From: Candidatus Anderseniibacteriota bacterium
GTDB taxonomy: Bacteria; Patescibacteriota; Andersenbacteria; UBA10190
NCBI GenBank assembly: GCA_021414205.1
Contig: JAIOOW010000003.1
Coordinates: 364,365-428,364 of the forward strand
Direction of reading: 5' to 3'
DNA: 64,000 nucleotides
The notes beneath the pieces were generated by a model, which saw only the letters and a list, made by a program, of their open reading frames with translations, did no database searches and was not told where the DNA came from. Of the stretch, positions 26,918-35,488 are shown piece after piece; the stretch's first letter is position 1; every line of letters begins with the position of its first letter. The position numbers and the translations under genes were made by a program.

Positions 26918-27529
26918 TTAGTGCGCAAAGAATTCGAGAACTGCCCGAATGTCTACTCCGATGTTCGCTTCTTCAAAAGATGGAAGGGACTGAATTTTGA
27001 AGTTGAATTCTTCCGGATTTATAAGGATCCAGGATGGAGTTGATGCATTCTGCATTCGTTTTTCGAATTGGGAGAAGTAAGACTTGTTTCTCTTGCTTTC
27101 TCGTACTGATACAACGTCTCCGACTCGCAGTTCGTACGATGGAACGTCTACCGGATGTCCATTTACTGCAAACAAGCGATGAGTTGCCATTTGGCGAGCT
27201 TGCGGACGAGTCTGAGCGAATCCTGATCGGAAGATTGCGTTATCCAGTCGTCGTTCTAAAAGCGAGATAAGCATCGGACCTGTTTGACCTTGCACTCGAA
27301 GAGCTTGAGCGTAGTATTTTCGAAGCTGGCCGTCTCGAATACCGAACAAATTTTTCAAGTTTTGCTTTTCGGAAAGCTGTGTACCATATCGGCTCTTCGG
27401 CTTCGGACGTCGTCCTTGCTGTCGTTGTCCGCCTTGTCCACGATTTTGCTGACGCGGATCTGCCGTGCGAGCATCTGCTGGCGCAGATGTGGCAACTGGT
27501 GCTGGAGTTGTTGTTGGTTCTGGTGACAT
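26918..27529 (-). CDS. rpsD: 30S ribosomal protein S4 with atypical N-terminus
   Basis: SRYGTQLSEKQ, LERRLDN and ARQMATH motifs. Confidence 0.95.
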   Translation of the reverse strand: MSPEPTTTPAPVATSAPADARTADPRQQNRGQGGQRQQGRRPKPKSRYGTQLSEKQNLKNLFGIRDGQLRKYYAQALRVQGQTGPMLISLLERRLDNAIFRSGFAQTRPQARQMATHRLFAVNGHPVDVPSYELRVGDVVSVRESKRNKSYFSQFEKRMQNASTPSWILINPEEFNFKIQSLPSFEEANIGVDIRAVLEFFAH

Positions 27530-27539
27530 ATAAGTAATA

Positions 27540-27944
27540 TTAAATTCTTCGACGACGAGGAGCTCGAACTCCGTTATGCGGGATCGGGGTTACGTCTCGG
27601 ATAGATGTAATGTTTACTCCTGCTGAGCTTACGCCGCGAATTGCAGCATCTCGCGCGCTCCCTACTCCTTTAACGATAATACTTGCTTCTTCTAATCCGA
27701 ATTGCTTTGCTTGTTCCATTAAGCTGGTTACTGCCTGAGTTGCCGCATATGGAGTGGATTTTCGTGTTCCGGAAAATCCTACGCGTCCGGAGCTTGAAGA
27801 TGCAACAACATTTCCCTGAGGGTCTGTAATCGTAATAAGGGTGTTGTTGAACGTAGCCTTAATATGCACTACGCCGGATTTTACCTTGCGTTTTGCCTTG
27901 GATTTCTTCTTTGTATCTTTTTGCTTTGTAGCTGGTTTTGGCAT
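27540..27944 (-). CDS. rpsK: 30S ribosomal protein S11
   Basis: ATFNNT, RKSTPYAA and DVTPIPHNG motifs. Confidence 0.97.
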   Translation of the reverse strand: MPKPATKQKDTKKKSKAKRKVKSGVVHIKATFNNTLITITDPQGNVVASSSSGRVGFSGTRKSTPYAATQAVTSLMEQAKQFGLEEASIIVKGVGSARDAAIRGVSSAGVNITSIRDVTPIPHNGVRAPRRRRI

Positions 27945-27953
27945 AGGAATGGT

Positions 27954-28346
27954 TTATGTCTTTTCGTTACTAGACTTTCTACCGCTTCCGGCAGTCTTTC
28001 GAACGTTTCCTCGAACTGTTCGAGAGTTCGTCTTTGTTCGCTGTCCTCGTACTGGAAGGCGTTTTGCGTGGCGGATACCTCGGTATGATCCGATGTCCTT
28101 GTGACGCTTGATATTCATGGAAACTTCTCGGCGAAGTTCTCCTTCTACTTTCATGTTTTTCTCGATGTAATCGCGAAGTGCATGCTCTTCTTTCTCTGTA
28201 AGTTCGCGAGTTGCAACCTGAGGATCGATTCCTAGTTCTTGTAAAATCTTTGCAGCCATCGGTCGGCCGATTCCGTAAATGTCGGTGATTGCAAATAGGA
28301 TATGCTTTTTATCTTGGAGAGTTACTCCGGAAATTCGAATAGCCAT
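27954..28346 (-). CDS. rpsM: 30S ribosomal protein S13
   Basis: IYGIG and YRGIRH..LPVRGQRTKTN motifs. Confidence 0.97.
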   Translation of the reverse strand: MAIRISGVTLQDKKHILFAITDIYGIGRPMAAKILQELGIDPQVATRELTEKEEHALRDYIEKNMKVEGELRREVSMNIKRHKDIGSYRGIRHAKRLPVRGQRTKTNSRTVRGNVRKTAGSGRKSSNEKT

Positions 28347-28348
28347 AA

Positions 28349-28462
28349 TTACAGTTGACGTTGCTTATGTTTCGGATTTTCACAAATCACTACAACCTTG
28401 CCTTTTCGGCGAGTTGTTTTGCACTTTGCGCACATTTTTTTTACAGATGCTCTAACTTTCAT
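28349..28462 (-). CDS. rpmJ: 50S ribosomal protein L36 (zinc-ribbon type)
   Basis: Not in ORF track; manual translation [37 protein letters not shown]. Confidence 0.96.
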   Translation of the reverse strand: MKVRASVKKMCAKCKTTRRKGKVVVICENPKHKQRQL

Positions 28463-28466
28463 GGTG

Positions 28467-28685
28467 TTATTGTAGTCGAAGAATAATTCTACCTTTTGTG
28501 AGGTCGTATGCGGACATTGCTACCCGTACGCGATCCCCTGGCATTACTCGGATTCTATGAATCCTCATTTTACCGCTTAAGTGGCCAATAATGGTCTGGC
28601 CGGTGTCTAATTGTACTTTGAATTGAGTATTCGGGAGAGTTTCCTCTATTTCCCCGTCTACTTCAACGAAATCTTGCTTTGACAG
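28467..28685 (-). CDS. infA: Translation initiation factor IF-1 (probable CTG start; alternative ATG at 28718)
   Basis: [19 protein letters not shown] and PGDRV...YDLTKGRI motifs. Confidence 0.93.
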   Translation of the reverse strand: MSKQDFVEVDGEIEETLPNTQFKVQLDTGQTIIGHLSGKMRIHRIRVMPGDRVRVAMSAYDLTKGRIILRLQ

Positions 28686-28776
28686 ATGAAAAAGCTTAGT
28701 GATTAAAAACACCTGCATGTCTCCTGCCTTTGGTCGCTAATCAGCCCGAAGTCTTGAGAAAGCGCAGATAAAAGAT

Positions 28777-28805
28777 ATGGTATACGAGGTTGTTTATGTT
28801 GTCAA
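28777..28805 (-). promoter_or_regulatory. sigma70 promoter of the infA/alpha operon
   Basis: TTGACA-17-TACCAT. Confidence 0.7.
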
Positions 28806-28818
28806 ATACCCTTGCAGG

Positions 28819-30279
28819 CTATCTCGTTGGGTTTACTTGGATGTTTATCCTCTGCTGGATAGACGGGATGCTTTGGACCCAGAATGGCCATAATTTGAGG
28901 TCTACGGTTTGTGCGCCAGGCAAATTCTGGAGGTACGTTGTTGCGTCGTCTTTACTTCTCCCCACGAGCTTGTCTTTGAGGGTATCGAGGGAAACGTTCG
29001 GAATCGTTGAGTGGGTTACTCGGGCAGTGACGTTTGCAACGCCTTTATCCCAATCAACAGAATCAACGGACTTGGTGAACGATATTGGGCCGGGGAATAG
29101 CGTGGTGTTTGGAGGCAGATTAGAAGCAAGGGCTGATTGCAATACGCTATTTAAGGCGCTTTCTTGATATGCGAATACTCGAGCAGTGGCTGTTGCAGTA
29201 AACACGATGTTTTCTGCCTTATCCCCCGTTTTCTGTGCGGGAGCAAAAGAATCTAGTTTTATGTCCCAACTTTCCTCCATTAATGACCATCCGGACTGTA
29301 ATTGTGCTTTTGCGGCTTGCTCAACCTGGGCCTTTGCTTGTGCTTTTGCGGCTTCGTGGGCAGCGTCTAGGTCGCTATCCGCAACAACCTTCACTTGTTG
29401 ACCAGATCCGCCAGTAAATGCTGTTTCAACTTGCCCATACACAACTGCTTTTGCAGAGCCGTCTAATGCTGCAAAGTCGAGGCGTTGCGGCGTTAGATTG
29501 CCCTGGTCGCCAGCGTCTGCTGCCTCCACTTCTACTGTTGCGCTTGAAACGCTACTTCCTGAAGATGCGGGAATGATTGCTGGTGATTGCATGTAAAATA
29601 TTGCGCCGTCTTTGGTCGCAAGCCTGCTTTGCGCTTTAATTTTTTGCGTATCGAATGTTTTATTGAAAATTCGTACCGTTCCCTTGGCCTTCGTGCCAAT
29701 TGTTTGCGTCGTAGTTACGGGGGATCCGCCCTGAATTTGTACCTGTTGAGAAAATACTGTTCCAGGAACGGCATTCGGTACTGCCGCGGCATTTGTCGCA
29801 ATGCTTAATTTTTGATCAACTAAAAGAGGTGCTGTTTGGATATTGAGAGCAATGTTGGCAGATGGCAAGAATATAAACGCTGCAATTCCGGCAACAACAA
29901 GAACAACGGCGCTAAGCGCCATGGCAATTTTAGTCTCTTTTGTGCCTAATAGCATTGCTGGTTTGAATGTTTTTGTCTTCTTTATTTTTTTAGCTTTTTC
30001 CGTTTTTTTTGGAATTACTGCGAATAATGGTCGTTTTTCCATTGCGATAGCAGGTTCCTTTTTTGACTGCTTTTCTGGCACCATCTGCTTAGGAACATGT
30101 ACGGTAGTGATCGGAATTTGCGAGCCGGCAAAGCGTCGAACGGAGCTTTTTGCAGTCGGTTTTTTTGCTGCGATTTTGCTCGCATGCTTTTCGTATAGCT
30201 TCTTGGCTTCTTCTGGCAACTCTTCTGGAATATCCTTTCGAGAAAATGACGGTTTTTTGTTTGAGGTAATGTCGCGCAT
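28819..30279 (-). CDS. Membrane-anchored baseplate J/gp47-like protein
   Basis: Basic disordered N-terminus, TM, KAKGTVRIFN, VEAADAGDQGN, FTGG and LWPFW...P. Confidence 0.7.
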   Translation of the reverse strand: MRDITSNKKPSFSRKDIPEELPEEAKKLYEKHASKIAAKKPTAKSSVRRFAGSQIPITTVHVPKQMVPEKQSKKEPAIAMEKRPLFAVIPKKTEKAKKIKKTKTFKPAMLLGTKETKIAMALSAVVLVVAGIAAFIFLPSANIALNIQTAPLLVDQKLSIATNAAAVPNAVPGTVFSQQVQIQGGSPVTTTQTIGTKAKGTVRIFNKTFDTQKIKAQSRLATKDGAIFYMQSPAIIPASSGSSVSSATVEVEAADAGDQGNLTPQRLDFAALDGSAKAVVYGQVETAFTGGSGQQVKVVADSDLDAAHEAAKAQAKAQVEQAAKAQLQSGWSLMEESWDIKLDSFAPAQKTGDKAENIVFTATATARVFAYQESALNSVLQSALASNLPPNTTLFPGPISFTKSVDSVDWDKGVANVTARVTHSTIPNVSLDTLKDKLVGRSKDDATTYLQNLPGAQTVDLKLWPFWVQSIPSIQQRINIQVNPTR

Positions 30280-30320
30280 TGGTGTTTAGTATACCGCCAA
30301 TGCACCTGATTGCAAAAACG

Positions 30321-32204
30321 CTACTCCAGTACAGCCTTTATTCGACGCACCCCTGCTGATGCTGATTCTTCTTTGGTAATTTTAAACTTTCCGAGCACTC
30401 CAGTGTGCTCCACATGCGGGCCTCCGCAAATTTCGCACGAGAAATCGCCCATCGTATACACGGAAACGGTATCTCCGTATTTGTGTTCAAAAAGTCCGAG
30501 TGCGCCTTTTCGTTTCGCTTCATCTACGCTCATTTCTTCTCGGGTAACCTGCATGTCTTTTTGAATCTGTTCGTTTACCAAGTCCTCGGTTTGCTTGATT
30601 TGTTCCGGCGTCATTTTTTCTGGATGAGAGAAATCGAACCTGAGCCGTTCCGGCGTAATATTACTTCCTTTTTGCTGCACATGATCGCCTAAAATAGTTT
30701 TCAGCGACTTGTGTAGTAAGTGCGTCGCCGTGTGATACTTAACCGACATTTCGGAATGATCTGATAAGCCCCCTTTAAACTTTCCAGCTGATGCGGTGCG
30801 AGATAGATCTTGGTGTTTTTTCATATTGTCGTCGAACTCTTTTTGAAACCCTAATGTATCCACTGTCTTCCCGCTCTTTTGAGCTTCCTCGATAATCATT
30901 TCAATTGGGAATCCGTACGTAGAATATAATTCAAATGCCTGTTGGCCGTTTACATCTCCGCTATTTTGAAGAATTTGTTCAAGTTTTAATAAGCCAGTAC
31001 GTAATGTTTTTCCAAATTTTTCTTCTTCTTTAAGAATCTCGGATAAAATAATTTCTTTGCGTTCTGCCAATATTGGGTATGCTTCTGAATATGATGAAAT
31101 GACAGATGCGGCTAATTCAGACAAAAACGGCTTATCGATAGCAAGGAATCTACCAAAGCGAACCGCTCTACGAAGCAGCCGGCGAGCAAAGTAACCCTGA
31201 TCTTTTTTATCCGGCACTACCTCATCACCAATTAAAAATGTTACGGCACGGATGTGATCCATGATTACACGAAATGATGCTTTCTCCGGGCCGCTATATT
31301 CTTTGCCGGATATTTTTTCTAGTGAAGCTATGAGTGGCGCAAAAATATCTATTAAAAACACATCGGGTGTATCTGCAACTGCGGCAGTAAGGCGTTCTAG
31401 TCCACCGCCGAAATCAACGTTCCGCTGAGGCAGTTCTTCGAAACCGGAATTCGTTTTTATGTATTGCATGAAAACGTTGTTTCCAATTTCCATAAACCGT
31501 CCGCAGTCGCAGTTTACGTGGCAGGGTTGGTCTTTAAACGGGGATGATTCGTGCAGCGATTCGTCGTTTGGCGAAAAATCCCAAAACATTTCTGTGTCTG
31601 GGCCGCCTGGCTCCCCTATGGGCATATTTTCTGGAACACCAGCGCGGGACCACCAATTCTTTTTTTCTCCGTACGAAAAAATTCGTCCGTCTTGCATGCC
31701 GTTTTCCTCAGAATTATCTACTAGCTTTGCATCGATATTTTTTTTAGCAAAAGATTTTTTCCATAACTCCGCGCTTTCCGTGTCTTTTGGAATGCCGATT
31801 GCGTCATTGCCAGCAAAGATGGTTACATAGATTCTATTTGCATCTAACCCTAAGCCTTTTTTCGAATCCGTTAAAAATTCAAACATCCAAGGGATCTGGT
31901 CCGCTTTAAAATAATCTCCCAGCGACCAATTCCCCAACATTTCAAAAAAAGTGGTGTGGCGATTATCTCCAATGTCATCGATGTCTTGCACGCGCAGGCA
32001 CTTCTGCGAGTCTGTAATCCTTGTTCCATTGGGATGTTTTTGCCCAAGCAAGTAGGAAATCATCGGCTGCATGCCGGAGCCGGTAAATAATGTGGTTGGA
32101 TCATTTTCCGGAACGAGTCGCGCAGACGCAATAATCGCATGCTGTTTGGATGCAAAAAAATCTAAGTATTTTTTTCGAACGTCGTTGAGCGATAGATTTT
32201 CCAT
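30321..32204 (-). CDS. alaS: Alanine--tRNA ligase (short form, no C-Ala domain)
   Basis: DPTTLFTGSGMQ, HTTFFEMLGNWS, GLERL, HTATHLLH and CGGPHV motifs. Confidence 0.96.
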   Translation of the reverse strand: MENLSLNDVRKKYLDFFASKQHAIIASARLVPENDPTTLFTGSGMQPMISYLLGQKHPNGTRITDSQKCLRVQDIDDIGDNRHTTFFEMLGNWSLGDYFKADQIPWMFEFLTDSKKGLGLDANRIYVTIFAGNDAIGIPKDTESAELWKKSFAKKNIDAKLVDNSEENGMQDGRIFSYGEKKNWWSRAGVPENMPIGEPGGPDTEMFWDFSPNDESLHESSPFKDQPCHVNCDCGRFMEIGNNVFMQYIKTNSGFEELPQRNVDFGGGLERLTAAVADTPDVFLIDIFAPLIASLEKISGKEYSGPEKASFRVIMDHIRAVTFLIGDEVVPDKKDQGYFARRLLRRAVRFGRFLAIDKPFLSELAASVISSYSEAYPILAERKEIILSEILKEEEKFGKTLRTGLLKLEQILQNSGDVNGQQAFELYSTYGFPIEMIIEEAQKSGKTVDTLGFQKEFDDNMKKHQDLSRTASAGKFKGGLSDHSEMSVKYHTATHLLHKSLKTILGDHVQQKGSNITPERLRFDFSHPEKMTPEQIKQTEDLVNEQIQKDMQVTREEMSVDEAKRKGALGLFEHKYGDTVSVYTMGDFSCEICGGPHVEHTGVLGKFKITKEESASAGVRRIKAVLE

Positions 32205-32236
32205 GTACCCTAGCGTAGCAGGGCTGGTGTCCAAGT

Positions 32237-32794
32237 TCAATCCGGCTGCTGAGTGATCATAGTGTCCACGTCGCTTGGAAGCACTCGCGATGTAAACTGG
32301 AGAGATTCCTTATATGGGTTCGGCCAAGATGCATGGATAGGTCCCTCGAATTTATCTAGATATTCTCGAGCTTCTTCGTTTGTCTTTTCTCCGATGGCGA
32401 TGTCGTGCGCCAAGTTGAGTATTAAAATATTTGCATGTTCGCTTTCGCAGAATGCAGTCATTTCCCCTCGAGTTCTGTCTATAATCACGCTTCCGTCGAA
32501 TGCAACAATATCGTCGACTTTTTGTTCTGGAATTTTCGCATCGACTGTTTGTTCCAGGATATCGATGTGGGGGTGAGGTACGTTGTGTCGGACGCCGTCC
32601 CGATGCAGAACGGTTTGTTTCCATGGTCCATTGTAGTGCCAAATGAGCATTGTTTGAGTGGCTTCGTGAGGCATTCCGTATGAGCGGATCAATTCGCCTG
32701 CAAGCTTGCGTGACGCAGAAGGCCAATTCGAAACAAGGTCGAGTACTGCAGACCCTTGAATTCGCTGATTACTAATTCTCGTCATCCCATGCAT
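32237..32794 (-). CDS. Conserved-looking hypothetical protein
   Basis: YG.P.EAT, GPWK, HNVPHPHIDILEQ and FDGSV..DRTRGE..AFC pattern; own promoter. Confidence 0.75.
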   Translation of the reverse strand: MHGMTRISNQRIQGSAVLDLVSNWPSASRKLAGELIRSYGMPHEATQTMLIWHYNGPWKQTVLHRDGVRHNVPHPHIDILEQTVDAKIPEQKVDDIVAFDGSVIIDRTRGEMTAFCESEHANILILNLAHDIAIGEKTNEEAREYLDKFEGPIHASWPNPYKESLQFTSRVLPSDVDTMITQQPD

Positions 32795-32866
32795 ACTCTC
32801 AATATCCGTATATTTTATACGTATGTCAACCTACAAAAAAAGAATTTCGACAAAAAAATATGACAG

Positions 32867-33556
32867 TTAGAAGTATTTTCTTTCCTTGCTTTCTTTTATA
32901 ATATCAAAAGCTTCCTCCGGGGTGTCTACGATAGCGTATAAGTCTATGTCCTCAGGAGAAATTGTTTTGAAGGTTTGAACAAGCGATGTTCGAATCCATG
33001 TGTCGAGTGGTTCCCAAAATTCTTTTCCGACGCAAATAACAGGCACGCCATTCATCTTTTTTGTCTGGATGAGCGTAATCATTTCAAAGAATTCATCGAG
33101 CGTGCCGAATCCTCCCGGAAAAAATACGTATGCCTGCGCGGATGCAGACAGCATTACTTTTCGAGTGAAAAAATAGTGAAACCCAATTCCCTTTTTCACA
33201 TATGCATTACGGCGTTGTTCTGTTGGGAGTTGAATATCGAGGCCAATGGATTCTCCTCCACCCTCATATGCACCCCTATTTCCCGCTTCCATAATACCTG
33301 GTCCTCCGCCGGTAATAACGGTGAATTGATTTTCAGCAAGCAAGCGCCCTAATGCTCGCGCAACGTTATACCACTTGTCTGTTTCGGGCAGTCTTGCAGA
33401 TCCGAAAAATGTAACTTCTTTTCTGAGTGGATATAAAAATTCGAATCCGTCTACGAATTCCGCCATGATGCGGAAAATTCTCCAGTTCGCATCCTCGGTA
33501 AAATCAAATGGCCGATCAATCGGAAATTTGCTGTGATCGGAAGGATCGTATCGCAT
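32867..33556 (-). CDS. LOG family nucleotide monophosphate nucleosidase (TIGR00730-like)
   Basis: FFGSAR, TGGGPGIMEA, FFTRK and PGGFGTLDE motifs. Confidence 0.92.
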   Translation of the reverse strand: MRYDPSDHSKFPIDRPFDFTEDANWRIFRIMAEFVDGFEFLYPLRKEVTFFGSARLPETDKWYNVARALGRLLAENQFTVITGGGPGIMEAGNRGAYEGGGESIGLDIQLPTEQRRNAYVKKGIGFHYFFTRKVMLSASAQAYVFFPGGFGTLDEFFEMITLIQTKKMNGVPVICVGKEFWEPLDTWIRTSLVQTFKTISPEDIDLYAIVDTPEEAFDIIKESKERKYF

Positions 33557-33574
33557 GAAATAAGTATAGCACAC

Positions 33575-35488
33575 CTATATCTTTGGCGGTCGTGGCGGTG
33601 TGTAGTTTTGGATGTCGTCTATTTTTGATGGCGTGATCGGAGGAAGTGAATTCTTGGGCGAAGCTTGCTCTCGGGAATCAATCTTCGGCTTATTTGCATC
33701 AAGCAGCTTAGCGCGTTTGCGCTCGTCGTAACATTCTTTACAGAACACTTCTTTTTCCGGGTCCGGTTTGAACGGAACTTCCGTATGCTTTCCGCAATTA
33801 GAACAAGTAGCCGGATATAGTTTTACTGAGGGTTTATGCTTTTCTTCTGAATGCGTGCGCGTGTTGTTAGGTGGTACGGCAGGTGAAGTTGGGGCATCGT
33901 CAGTAGCATCGTCGCTCGTATCCTCTTTTCTGCCTAACAGTGCTGAGAGATCCGTAATCATTTCTTGTTTTGCAGGGGCGATGACAATATCTTCCAATTC
34001 ATCCGGTTTTTCTTGAACTGGTGTGAATGCTTTTTTATCTACGTGCTCTTGTCGCGGTTTATTTTCTTGCTTTGTTGGTGTTTGAGTGTTTGGAACATTT
34101 GATGCAGGTCGATTAGGTGTTTGTCGCGATTGAGATTGATTATTTTGCGGTTGCCCTTGCTTGCCAAGAAAAATTTGCGGCTTAGGGGACTGTTCCCCGT
34201 TTTCTTGAGCTCCTAAGGTTGAGCTGCTCCATCGTGCAATTTTTTCCTCGATTTCTTTTCGAGGCGATCCGTATCGTTCTCTCGAAACGCGTAATACTTT
34301 TTCTTTACTATTATATGTTTCTGCTACTGGTGCAATCGTTTCCATAGAGAACGGAGCGCTCGTAGCGCCTTTTATCATGAGTTTGATATACGCATTATAT
34401 TTATCCAAGTTCACTAAATCCGTTTGGGTAAAGTACGGCATAAATTCTTTTTCGAGATATTCCGCATCGAATGCACCCACGCGGAACGAGATTATTGTTC
34501 CTACGTTTCCGAATACGGCATCACGCACCACCTCTTCCATCTGCGTAATGTATTGATGAGCGATTATTAAATTGAGGCGATACTTTCGAGCCTCGGAAAG
34601 AATTGTTGCGAATGATTCGGTAGCGAAATTTTGAAATTCGTCGACGTATAGATAGAAGTCTCGTCGCTGCGCTTCCGGAATACTTGCGCGATCCATGGCT
34701 GCAAGTTGGAGCTTGGTAATAAGCATGGCGCCGAGCAAAGCGGAGTTATCTTCTCCGATACGTCCTTTTGAAACGTTAATAAGAAGAATTTTCCCGTTAT
34801 CCATAATATCCTTCATGTCGATCGTGCTTTTCGGTTGTGCGACGATATTGCGGATAATGGACGAACTTAAGAATTGCCCGACTTTGTTTTGGATCGGAGA
34901 AATTGCCTCGCTTCTGAATCGTTCGTTGTAATTGGCGAATTCGTTTACCCAAAAAGCTTTTACTACTGGGTCCGTGATTGTTTCTACCACTTTTGAGCGA
35001 TAGCTTTTATCCGCAAGCATGCGCATGATGCCAAGCATTGTTGAGGACGGGTAATCAAGAAGAGCTAAAATAACATTTCGGAGAATGTATTCCAATCGCG
35101 GCCCCCAAGAATCTGCCCAGATTTTTTTCAGCGAGCTTACTAGCCCTGATGCTACTAAGTATTTATATTGCGGATCAACGGATTCGAGCGGATTAAATGC
35201 AACAGGAAAATCCACATCCGCGGGGTCAAAGTACACAACGTCATTAATGCGTTCCGGTGGAATGATATCCAAAATCTTTTCAGCAACGTCTCCGTGAGGG
35301 TCTACAAGCGCAAGGCCGCGCCCAAGCTTAACGTCCTGAATAATCATATTTTCGAGCAACGTCGTTTTGCCCACGCCCGTTTTTCCAATTACATATACGT
35401 GGCGCCTGCGATCATCGGTATAAATACCAAATGGTTTTCGTTGATGACGAAAGTTCGTTTGTCCTACTACGGTAATTTCATCAAGCAT
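33575..35488 (-). CDS. VirD4/TraG/HerA-like P-loop ATPase with a C-terminal CxxC-x17-CxxC zinc domain
   Basis: GKTGVGKT, DPHGD, YVDEFQN, SEARKY..LIIAHQ; CSNC...PFKP...VFCKEC. Confidence 0.88.
   Translation of the reverse strand: MLDEITVVGQTNFRHQRKPFGIYTDDRRRHVYVIGKTGVGKTTLLENMIIQDVKLGRGLALVDPHGDVAEKILDIIPPERINDVVYFDPADVDFPVAFNPLESVDPQYKYLVASGLVSSLKKIWADSWGPRLEYILRNVILALLDYPSSTMLGIMRMLADKSYRSKVVETITDPVVKAFWVNEFANYNERFRSEAISPIQNKVGQFLSSSIIRNIVAQPKSTIDMKDIMDNGKILLINVSKGRIGEDNSALLGAMLITKLQLAAMDRASIPEAQRRDFYLYVDEFQNFATESFATILSEARKYRLNLIIAHQYITQMEEVVRDAVFGNVGTIISFRVGAFDAEYLEKEFMPYFTQTDLVNLDKYNAYIKLMIKGATSAPFSMETIAPVAETYNSKEKVLRVSRERYGSPRKEIEEKIARWSSSTLGAQENGEQSPKPQIFLGKQGQPQNNQSQSRQTPNRPASNVPNTQTPTKQENKPRQEHVDKKAFTPVQEKPDELEDIVIAPAKQEMITDLSALLGRKEDTSDDATDDAPTSPAVPPNNTRTHSEEKHKPSVKLYPATCSNCGKHTEVPFKPDPEKEVFCKECYDERKRAKLLDANKPKIDSREQASPKNSLPPITPSKIDDIQNYTPPRPPKI

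Noticed and set aside
28819-30279. Prophage or contractile injection system
   Set aside because: Lone baseplate-J-like gene with a TM anchor among housekeeping genes
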